Source: Toensbergia leucococca (lineage: Eukaryota). Taken from it: a stretch of DNA of 60,379 nt. Positions 11,691-21,786 of the stretch are shown in pieces. The number at the start of each line of letters is the position of its first letter. Positions within the stretch are counted from its first letter, which is position 1. The stretch lies in contig JALDZS010000149.1 in assembly GCA_022813965.1 (NCBI GenBank), positions 1-60,379 of the forward strand, in the 5' to 3' direction. Both the position numbers and the translations under genes were made by a program. Below the pieces are notes generated by a model, which was not told where the DNA came from, ran no database searches, and saw only the letters and a list, made by a program, of their open reading frames with translations.

Positions 11691-12314
11691 TGATACATGT
11701 ACACCCCCTTTTGATACCTGTACACCCCCCTCCCCCCCCACACCCCCCTCCTCCCTCGGGCGCAACATCACCGAGGGAAGTTTTATCATTCTGCACCACA
11801 TCTTGCCTCAATTCCCTACCACTTCGCAAGCCAAATACCTGTTCTATTTGCGTGCCATTCAGAAGCCAAATTACCTAGGGAATCATCCTGATGTTGTATC
11901 ACGTCTCCAGTTAATTCTTCATCCCGGGGCGCAATACCATGATATTTGATCTTCCTCTACCTCATGAATCTGAACCCTCACCTAGAGGGGGGTGAGGTGG
12001 AGTTCCTGTAGATAACAGGGAGTCTCATGATTTTGAAAGGAGGTGATTCAGAATCACGATATTTTTGCGCCCGAGGAGGTGATCGTGCGCCTAGGGGTGA
12101 GGGAATCAAGTCAGGATGTTGTACAAAGGCATGGTTTTTCTTCTAGGTAATTTGGCTACTAGATGGCACGCAAATGGAACAGGTATTTGGCTTGCGAAGT
12201 GGTGGGGAATCGAGGCAAGATGTTGTGCAGAATGATAAAATTTCCCTCGGTGATATTGCGCACGCGGGGTAGGGGGGCGGTGTACAGGTATCAAAAAGGG
12301 GTGTACATGAATCA
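11691..12314. mobile_element. Non-autonomous foldback/MITE-like element with long terminal inverted repeats (~11691-11878 and ~12143-12314)
   Basis: The left arm TGATACATGTACACCCC...TTGATACCTGTACAC...CACCGAGGGAAGTTTTATCATTCTGCAC...CCACTTCGCAAGCCAAATACCTGTTC...AGCCAAATTACCTAG recurs in reverse complement in the right arm. No transposase ORF and no clear target-site duplication were seen. Confidence 0.8.
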
Positions 12315-12610
12315 ATAGCCTTCATAAATGAGTAGACATTCATTAATGATGTTGACAAGAATTCTATATAGTCTTGTTTATTGAATGATGAATGATGAGT
12401 AGATGATGAGGTGAATCAGACAAAATATATCTTAATACACAGTCTCAGCCTCATCAACGTCGCGCTACCCTTGAAGGCGCCTGATGAAACACGCTGTTGG
12501 TGTCACGTCATGGCATTTCAGCCCACTGCGGCTAGTCCGACGGGGTACAATATCACGTCATGCTTGGAAATTCAGGATGTTTTTCAATAAGAATGAGTAA
12601 AGCTCTTGTG

Positions 12611-12725
12611 CTTCACTCTTGATGGAAGCAACTTCACTCTTGATGGAAGCAACTTCACTCTTGATGGAAGCAACTTCACTCTTGATGGAAGCAACTTCAC
12701 TCTTGATGGAAGCAACTTCACTCTT
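12611..12725. repeat. Perfect 21-bp tandem repeat CTTCACTCTTGATGGAAGCAA, about 5.5 copies
   Basis: Five identical units start at 12611, 12632, 12653, 12674 and 12695, followed by a 10-bp partial unit. There are no spacers. Confidence 0.97.
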
Positions 12726-13222
12726 TGATTGACGTAGGCCGAAAGTGGAGCGAGAAGTTAAAAAGTGCCAGGCATCCTTTTAGCCTTATTCTACAACAGG
12801 GCGACGACCTGCATTTAATGTCTTGTCCCCACAATTGATCCATTTACTCCTAGGTACCTCCTCACTGTACCTGAATTAACGCCACTTTGAGGTTGTACGG
12901 CTAGCACTCAAGCTTACTGAAGACCATTACGCCTCGTATGACTGTCTCTTCACCAGAGCTATATCAAGAGATGTGGAGACACCCCGAAAGGTTCGGTGTA
13001 GCAACAACATGTAGGGCTAAACAGTGAATGACTGAGTAGCCCTACCAGAAAGAAGCTAAAGTATCCTTTCTACCTCTACCTACCTACTTATTCTAGTGAC
13101 GACTCTCTTTCTTCTGATGTTCTTCACCTCGACTCTTCCTCTCAGGCCACTTCTTACCATTGCTTTCGATGTTGAGAATTTCAACCTGTAGGATCGTTCT
13201 CTTCTAGGCTGTCTGTGCTTCA

Positions 13223-15400
13223 ATGAAAGCTGTCATGATGGCTGCCATCATGAGGTTTCATTTCATGTTCTTTGCCGTTATCTTCGTCGTCTTCGTTAAT
13301 AATTCTGTCGCTTTCAAATTTTCGATGAGGAATAACGGCAAGTCTAATACTAATTTGTCTCAATACTAACCTTTGGTTGAAGCAGAAACATCTAACAGAA
13401 TGAGTAGACTCGCCAAATGAAGCTTACGAGGAAGAGACCATAAAGACTGATCTTACCGCTCTCATCCGACCGTCGTATAATGGCCAATCCGATGTCTACT
13501 CGCAGGCTCTTCAAATCCTCACCTCCTTACAGGGATCACCGTCTTGCAATCGAATTGCAGCGTCGACGCTTTTGATATCCTGCCATGGTATTGAAGGAAC
13601 CACATCTCATAATGAAGCTTCACTCGACGAGATTAGATCCCTCTATGCTGCTCAACTTGCTGTATGTGAGCTTGCGGGTGCTGGATCTATCGTACCGCAG
13701 CAATGCAAATCGTTAGCTCCACTAAATACAGCAAAGTTGCGCCAAGGTTCGAGTGGTCCTACAAATAAGGCTCGTAGGCGGCTTGGTGACACCGGCAACG
13801 TCGACAGCCAACAGTTGAGCGAGTGTCTCCAATCACTGGAATCAAGGCCACAATGGTGGACGAGCTATAGCAATAGCAGACAGAACGCTGTTGTCATGTG
13901 TCGAGCTGCACGTGTGGATATTGAGAAAGGTAGACTTGATCATCACATCTTTATAGAGTCGTGCTTATCAATACAGACGACCTAATCAATCTTCACAAGG
14001 CAATGGTAGAGACAAGCTCAGATGTCAGCGCCGCGCTATCAAGAGTCTTGAAAGAAGCCGAAGACCGAACCGAACAACAGCGTAGCTTTGCTACTGCTCT
14101 TGATGTTTTCCAGAAGAAATTGCTTCAAGACTTGGAGGATTCGAGCGTTGAGGCAAATTCCTATTTGGGGATATTAGTAAAGGGCATAGAATCGGCATTT
14201 CAGACTGCGACTAGCAAGGTGGTTTCATTTATTTTTGATGTTGAGACCGATTTATCCGGTTTGAGTCAGGTGAGCAACATTGAAGATCCTCGGCCATTGC
14301 TCGAATCAATTGCTAAAATCTACAAAAGAATATCCAGAAATCCAACAACGAGACTCTTGAACTCGGCAAGAAAATTGGCAAGATTTTCCAACAAGTTCTA
14401 TTGGGGAGTTCGGAACTGGCCGCCAGCCAAACAAGACACTGGGATCTCAGTCGCACTCTTGTAACCGAGCTCCAGAGTTCTTTGGAGACCATGAGAGAAA
14501 CTGAGATTCGCGATCTACTTGGGGTTTTTGGAAGCATTCAGAGCCAGCTGGTAAGCTAGAGTATGTCTCTGTAGCACCAACAAAGATTGATGGGGGCAGC
14601 AAGTATCAAACGAGTTGGTGTCTTTGATGCACATTAGGCAAGATTCTTTAGACGAGGTGAATTCTCTAAAGTTGAACTTCTTTGATACCATTGCTGATGT
14701 AAATCTCAGCGCCTGTTTAACCTTGACAAATCCTTCGAGAAATTGGAGTCCAAAGCTGAAAAATTCCACGCTTCACAGACTCTGCAAGCGGAGACTCAAG
14801 CCCGACTTCACGATCAGATGCAAACCGAAATGCAAATGGCACGTGGGTTGCTAGCTGAGGTCACTTCTAGCGCTGCGAGCCTTCAATCGGCAATTGAGGA
14901 TACCTCGACGAAGATTTCGCAGATGGCTACTTTCAGCGGTATCACAGGTTCAGTTCTACGTTGGGCCTGGTTAGGCCTAATGGTCACTGTGGTCCATCAA
15001 TTCAATCCGCAGCTAGCAGGTTATGTTGCTCTCATTCTTGGTGAGCGTAATCCGCCCATTTCTAGGATGTCTCATTAATCGTGATATAGGGACATTACTA
15101 TTACTGATAGCCTCCCGACTTCCAAAAATGGTGAATGAAATGATTTCTGAAATGCTCATTTCCCTCCATATTTCTGAACATACGATGCTTATCCTACGAG
15201 CTCTTCAAGTTGCAGCCGTTTTTGCTGTCCTCGTCATCATTGGTAGTTTGTATCGTTGTCGAAAAAGGAATTTCGCCTTTTCAGACCGGAAGATCGATCT
15301 AAAATCTACATTACCAAGTATGGGAATGGACGGGGACTGCTCGCTGCAAGCACCAAAGGTGGTTCGTCTGAAGCGTCTTCTCGGAGGTTGCGATGAGTAA
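13223..15400 (+). CDS. KAR5: Nuclear membrane fusion (karyogamy) protein, Kar5/Tht1/Gex1 family; multi-exon, first intron GC-AG (13338-13407)
   Basis: Signal-peptide exon, then the Cys-rich domain SPSCNRIAA...SC...YAAQLAVCELAGAGSIVPQQC...CLQSLESRPQWWTSYSNSRQNAVVMC. Coiled-coil exons and C-terminal TM segments follow. Confidence 0.88.
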
Positions 15401-15946
15401 AGAACGTGCTGAGTACGCAACGAGACGCCACTCTATCGAGCATCTACAAATCCTTCGATCTTCACGATGAATTGGAGACTCGGAGATTTGGCCGACTTGT
15501 CACACGACCACCATTTTGAGCACCGGTATGAATTACTTGGTATTTATTTCGACATTGTAGAGATGTTCGTTTGCTTTCAAACACGACTTGCCAGATTGCC
15601 ATTCAATATCTATTTAGCTTCGAGAGGCATTAATATCGCTTATCTAGGGACAACATTACATACTGGAGCTTTGCAGAATCATTATTAGGCCAAAGAAGAG
15701 CTGTTGCTTTTCTGCTTTTTGCATTGATTGTACCTAGTCTGTAGCTATTTCGTAGCTTTCTCATCCCATAAGAAAAGTCTGGAAGAAATGAGATGAAACA
15801 GTGATACACATATGTACAAGTAGAAGGATGCGAAAATCCCCAAGGTCGTGAACCAGAAACCTATAAAGCCATGAATCCCTCCACCGCTTATTGACCAGCA
15901 CTGATCAGAACTTCGCGGATAAAACACTTTTTCCTCGGGAAGTGTG

Positions 15947-17137
15947 TCATTTCGAGCCCAGCACGCTCATCACCGCCTCCAAGACTTGAGCATGGACCGC
16001 TATCGGGGCAGCAACAACGCCTTTATTATCCGCTAGAGTCCTGCCCTTGCTAAAGTCCAATCTCTTCCCTTTTATATCCGTAACCTCTCCACCAGCCTCC
16101 CGAACAATCAAATCACCAGCAGCATGGTCCCAGATCTTCTCCTCATAATCCGCCCTTGTCGGCAACCTCAGGTACAAATCCCCCGCTCCCCTCGCAATGG
16201 AAGCATACTTTGCCTGCGAGTCCATTCGCACGCTCTCTCTGATGATGCCGAGTTTCTTCGTGATTTCGGCCTGGTCGCCGTGCGAGGAATGGCCGGCCTC
16301 GACGCTTTCGCAGAAGGCAGCGTGGCTGATGTCGGGAACGCCACGCATGTGGATCGATTGACCCTGGCTGAGGCCACCGGAGCCCAGGGGTCTGCTTGAT
16401 GCGCCTTCGCCGAGAATGGCGGCGAAGAGGACGCCGAGGCTGTGTTCGGGTGTGCCGTTGGTGCCGTTGGTACCGACGTCTGCGGATAGTGGTGCTGTGT
16501 TTTCGACTGGGAGGTTGGGGCAGCCGAGGACTCCGACTTTGACGTCTCCGTCGACGATGAGTCCGAGGCAGACGGCGTATTGGCCTCCTCGGAGGAAACC
16601 TTTTGTCCCGTCAATGGGGTCTAGAGCCCATATCCTTCCCTTGTCACCCCCGCTGCTGTTTCCTAGGTCGATGGTTTCTAGCATGTGCTCCACGCTTTTT
16701 AGGGGTCCGCCCAGTTCAGCCTCGGCTTCCTCATCATCCAGAGAGGTGCCTCGTACGAGTTCCCAGATCTGATCAGTCAGATCTTTGTTCTCTCTTAGCG
16801 TTGATGCCTCCTCCTCTCCCACGATGGCATCTTTGGGGAAGTTGTGATGGATGGCGCTGATGATTAGGGCTTGTGCTCCGAAGTCGCCGATGGTGACGGG
16901 TGATTTGTCATCTTTTGAGACGGTACCTTTTGCTTTCTCGAGGAAGACTTTTTTGGTGAGGAGGGAGGCACGTTGGACGGCGAGTTCGGCGATGCGGAGT
17001 TCTTTGTTATAGGACATTTTGGTGGTGGTGATGAATGGAGATTTGAGGATATGGGGATTGAAGTATCGAGAGAGAAGAGTTAGGAGAGCCAGGATGACGA
17101 ATGAGAATGGCACCCAACAAGTGATCCTCCGAAACAT
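15947..17137 (-). CDS. MET22: 3'(2'),5'-bisphosphate nucleotidase (Met22/Hal2), intronless; conserved core starts at ATG 17017
   Basis: KDDKSPVTIGDFGAQA, IVGEE, WALDPIDGTKGFLRGGQYAVCL, RMDSQAKY and EKIWDHAAG are inositol-monophosphatase-family signatures of Met22. Confidence 0.96.
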   Translation of the reverse strand: MFRRITCWVPFSFVILALLTLLSRYFNPHILKSPFITTTKMSYNKELRIAELAVQRASLLTKKVFLEKAKGTVSKDDKSPVTIGDFGAQALIISAIHHNFPKDAIVGEEEASTLRENKDLTDQIWELVRGTSLDDEEAEAELGGPLKSVEHMLETIDLGNSSGGDKGRIWALDPIDGTKGFLRGGQYAVCLGLIVDGDVKVGVLGCPNLPVENTAPLSADVGTNGTNGTPEHSLGVLFAAILGEGASSRPLGSGGLSQGQSIHMRGVPDISHAAFCESVEAGHSSHGDQAEITKKLGIIRESVRMDSQAKYASIARGAGDLYLRLPTRADYEEKIWDHAAGDLIVREAGGEVTDIKGKRLDFSKGRTLADNKGVVAAPIAVHAQVLEAVMSVLGSK

Positions 17138-17443
17138 GAGAGTTTCATGTTGATGCTACCTCATGATCCTCCCCGAGATGGATAGCTAGGTACGGATAAG
17201 GTACTAGTAGGTACCTTATGTGCTTACCTACCCCGTGGTGCCGGATGGTGAGAAACTACGTCATTGTGCATAGGATATAAATATTCAAATGCCACCATGC
17301 ATAAAATTATCTTGTGTTAGAACCAGTTGCATAAATGCATAAATCATCATCGTCAATATTGATTTCACATTCACCGTTAATGACAATCCTTTTCATTTGT
17401 AAACTCTCACCGTCCGGCCCTGTGGCTTCCTAATCCGCTCAAA

Positions 17444-18878
17444 ATGCCCGCTGCGCTCACAACTACCAAGCGAAAGTTCCACAAGATCCTCGACTCCATC
17501 TCCAACGCTTCCAGCACCTCCCTACCCCCCAGACACGACCGAGCCAATGAATCAACAACAAACCTTTCCGAAACCTTTGAGTCGCCCGCCAAAAAGTTGC
17601 GACCCACACGCCCTGCATCCGCATACGTCTCATCATCCGCGTCTCGACATGTAACAAGTCATTCTAGGAACACATCCGGTGCATCGAAGCTGTCAGACTC
17701 GTCCGCCATGACCCCGGAGCACAAACCTCCCAATTTCGCGCCTTGGGATCGCGGGCAGTTCTTGGAGCGCTTGGGCACGTTCAGACATGTGGATAAGTGG
17801 ATGCCTAAGTCGGAATCGATCGATGAGGTGCAGTGGGCGAAACGGGGGTGGACGTGTGTTGGGAAGGAGAGAGTTGGATGTGTGGGCGGGTGTGGGAAAG
17901 AGGTTGTGATTACATTGGAGAGCAGCAGGGTCAATGACGAAGAGAGAAAAGCGGATGAAGAAGACAGTGATGAGGCCTGGCGGGAAGATGCGCAAGAACA
18001 ATTGGTGGGGAGGTACGCGGAGATGATTGTTACTGAGCATGAAGGAGGCTGTCGATGGCGTCGTCGAGGCTGCGATGGTAATCCCTCATCTTCATTTCTA
18101 CCATTGCACAGCTAATTGATCCAACAAAGCCACAATTCAACGCCTTCCCCTAGCCCACCAAGCAACCGCACTCGACAATCTCCACGACCGCTACGAATCC
18201 CTCCAAGCCATTTCCTCCTCCCTCCCTGATACTCTCTCTACGCCCCCAACCCTCAACCTAGAAACACTCGCCACCCAAACAAGATCTGTCCTCTCCACCA
18301 CTTCCACTCACCCACCCATCAACCCAACTGCCATCGCCCTTGCCCTCTTCGGCTGGCAATCCACCTCCGCCGAAACCACAACCCCTGCCTTAGCAACCTG
18401 TACCGCCTGTTTCCGCCGTCTGGGTTTCTGGCTCTTTACCTCCCCCACAACTCCTACCACGACTTCCCCCTCAGTCTCCACCCTCGATCCCATTGCCGAA
18501 CATCGCCACTACTGCCCCTGGAGAAACCCGCTTTCCCAATCCCGCGCTTCCATTACCACTCATCCCACAGCCTCCACTCCCGATTTAGCAGGCTGGGAGA
18601 TTCTCTTACAAGTCATAACAAACGCGTTGCCCCACGCTTCAGAAGAGAGCCCACCGCCTGTACCTCCCAAATCCAACGATACACCCCAGGTGACTGTCCA
18701 CGTAGACGACGATGTCGCGAGTGAGGTTGTGAGCGTGGTGAGTCCTAATAGAGAAGAAGATACGGCCCTCAGAGATGAGAAGGATAGGGAACGGTGGGCG
18801 AAGCTGAGACGGTTGAGGAGGGTTTTTACTATTGGAAGTAGGAAGGGCAGGAAGGCAAAGGAAGCGGGTGCTGCTTGA
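17444..18878 (+). CDS. RSM1: C3HC zinc-finger/Rsm1-like (NIPA-like) mRNA export protein; intron 18078-18129
   Basis: Exon 1 has FAPWDRGQFLERLGTF...WAKRGWTC...CVGGC...HEGGCRWRRRGCD. The spliced exon 2 has ALALFGW...LATCTACFRRLGFWLF...LDPIAEHRHYCPWRN and ends at stop 18878. Confidence 0.85.
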
Positions 18879-19259
18879 GGCTGCGGAAAGGAATGGGAGT
18901 GGAAGTGGGAAATGTGTTGCTTGTGCGGGAGACTATGATGGCTACAAAGGGCGTTTGAGAGCATGTGAGAGATCGAGTTAGCTTCTGTAATTGGCAAGAT
19001 ACCCACCCCCCCGCTTCCGATTCGTCGCAGCCGGCGCCCTTTTGCTACTGTGCTTGGGTGCATGGAATAGCTCTACCTAGGTTTTGCTCCATTTTTATTA
19101 AATAAGCTTTGATTCGCTGGGCTTGATTTTGGTATCTTTCTCTGTCTTTGATTTTTTTCAGTGACTGCTTTTTGTCACCTCTATTGAAGATCCTAGTGGA
19201 TCTATCCGGCCATTCTTTTACTCGTCCCAAACTTTACGCAACGTTTAGCTTCTCTTTTC

Positions 19260-19900
19260 GTCCCTCACATCCTCCTCTCGGCCCCCCCTTACCTCTCTCT
19301 TCTCCCTGATCTCTCTCTCTCTTCGCTACACTTGTGCTCTATATCCCGTCCACTTTTTCCATATCGGCGGGTTTTTTTGGGGGGGGGACGTGATCAGAGC
19401 GCGGCGTTTTTTCTACCGGGTAGATCCTAAAGCTCTTTTTTTTTGGTTTTTTTTTGGGCTTGAGTATTAGTTTGGATGGATGGATGGATGGATGCTGGAA
19501 ATGTGGAGTTTTGGGGCTAAGAGAGTGGAGGGGAGAGGAGGGGAGTGGATTAGTGAGGGAGAGGAGAGGAGAGGAGAGGAGATGGGGGTTGGATGCTGGA
19601 TGCTGGATGCTGGATGCTGGTATCTGGTATTTGGTATTTGGCTTTTTGTTGTTTTTGGTTTCTTGACCTTTTTGTGTTTTTTGTATTTTTGGTTCCTTTG
19701 TTTGCTTAAAGGTTTTTGGGGTTTAAGGAGGAGGGGGTTGAGTGTTTTTGGGGAGTGTGAGATAGATTAGGTTTTTCTTCGTGGGCTGGATTGTGTATTT
19801 CTGGGGCATGGGGGGGGGAGAGAAGGGGGGTTTGGATGCGTGTCTTAAAGTCTAGGCGGAGGGGGGGGAACGTAAATGGTGAGGATGAGGGGTTGAGGTT
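19260..19900. repeat. Compound low-complexity/microsatellite tract
   Basis: (CT)n, (GGAT)n, (GAGAG)n, (GGATGCT)n, TGGTAT-type repeats, and poly-G and poly-T runs. Confidence 0.8.
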
Positions 19901-20668
19901 GATGGAATGATCAGATCTGGGTGGTAGGTGATAGGCGATAGGTGATCAATGAGGTGAATGTACTCGTATCTGTGACGCTCTTTTTCTAATGGTTATTTCT
20001 CTAGTTTCTATATCTTGTGAAGAAAAACATGAGATCATCTATCTTATATTCATATTAATAGATCAACTATATCTATATCAATATTGATAATATCCTTATA
20101 TTCACAACTAAAAGGGAGTGAGAAGGGAGTGAGAAGGGGGTCTGAGGACAAAAAATGAACATGTGCATTCTCCCTCACAAAACTCACTCTGTGATCACCT
20201 AATATCTATTCAATTCAAGGTTCTCTGCTATCTGTACTACGAGTACCCCGTCCCATGTATCATTCACCTAGAAAGAGACTGATCAAATCTTTGTGGCTTG
20301 TGACTCATTTCCAAGCCCCTCAAGCCACCAAAGCCAAACTAAAATTGCCGCGAGTGCCGCAAGCTGTAGCAGAGTTCGCTCCAAAATTCCTTACTAGGGC
20401 TAGTCAGTCAACTTGTGACTGCATTAATGCAAGGCATCTTGAACACACTGCACCACTTTATTAAAGTACCTTACTGACTGCGACCCCATGGCTCATTTAT
20501 GTGGCTCATTTATGAGGCTCACTGTGAGCCTTACTGATATCAAGACCATCTACAAAAAGCATCGATGGCCGACCGTAGACCCTTCTAGTAAGATGTCAAG
20601 ACCAGAAACACGTTTCCTACACATCCTAGACTTTTAATTTCCTCTATTCTACTTTCCAATCATCGGCC

Positions 20669-21286
20669 ATGAACAAAAACTCCACCCTAGAATGGGAGCA
20701 GCATTACGTCGAAGAAGTGCAGCTGTGTCACCTGTACACAAGCTATCTCAGTGCCATGACCCCAGCCGGAGCCTTCCTAGCCGGGGTGATGATCTTGTTC
20801 ATGGTCGAATTCTTCCTGGAAACCCCACACCTCTGGATCGTATGCCCTGTCATCTATGGACTGTCCTGGGTCAACGCGTTTAGACTAATTAGAGGACTGC
20901 CCCCGATCAGCGTACTCATAGGATGTTCCTAGAAAACAATCCTTTACGCCGAGCTCTACATCATCTACTTCCTTTTTGTATTGCTTCTTCTTTGGTTCAT
21001 CGCCCCCACAGTGTCCGATGCCATCCGAAAATGGAGATTTAAGAGCAGTAACTACATCGACGGCCTTCGACAGCGGATGAGGCGGCAAAGAAGCCCGATC
21101 GCCATTTCAAGCGAGTGGAGAGCAAACAGGGCAACTCAAATCGATATAGCTGGAGACGGCAACGTCGAGCTAGGAAATGTTCCGATCCCATCCAGGGAAG
21201 TCGCAACTATCAGAGCGCCTAGGGATCTATGACGTGCCCCAGGTCCGTTTGAAGATGCACCACCACAGTGTCAGAATTATGTATGA
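20669..21286 (+). pseudogene. Small multi-pass membrane protein gene interrupted by in-frame stop(s)
   Basis: ORFs 20669-20932 and 20981-21232 are in the same frame. Reading through TAG 20930 gives ...LIGCS*KTILYAELYIIYFLFVLLLLWFIAP..., and reading through TGA 21230 gives RAPGPFEDAPPQCQNYV*. No convincing intron removes the first stop. Confidence 0.55.
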
Positions 21287-21786
21287 GAGAATGTGTCTAC
21301 CATATAAAAATTCCACGAATATTCTAGTTATCTAAAAGTCAAGGCATCAGCAAGATTTATAGAGGGCATTCAACAGTGATGATTTCATCCGTTGCTTCTG
21401 ACCCAATCATTAAACATAAATTGACGTTAAACAACTTCACGCAAGGTAAAGTCAGTTGCATAAAAGCTAGTCACAGTGAGAAATAAAGAGCTCAGACTCT
21501 TGTTAATCAAGGAATTGAGGGTGATCAGAGACGAAAAACGGAGGCTTGTGATGCCTTGTCATGAGAGAGCATTTGGCGGGAGCAAATTTTAGAATAAGGA
21601 TCTTGCATCTTAAACGTCGTCTTATTGACGATTTAGAAGGTTTTCACTGTCAGGTTTTGAGTTGTGAGCATGCACAGCTCACTTATATCTCAAAACGTGT
21701 CATTTGTAGTGCAGTTACTCAGAATGTTGCTGAGAAGCACTCAAAATTCACAGACTAGGCCATCATATCTGACGCTTGAACAGAAT

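Noticed and set aside
11687..12358. Short near-identical ORFs on opposite strands as a duplicated gene pair
   Set aside because: They are translations of the two inverted-repeat arms, differ by frameshifting indels, and have no credible start or splice structure.
12611..12725. CRISPR-like array
   Set aside because: The units are directly adjacent with no unique spacers, there are no cas genes, and the context is eukaryotic.
13223..15400. KAR5 as a marker of a mating-type locus
   Set aside because: No alpha-box or HMG gene, and no APN2 or SLA2, is visible in the window.
19454..19770. Trp/Gly-rich ORFs
   Set aside because: These are translations of compound microsatellites.
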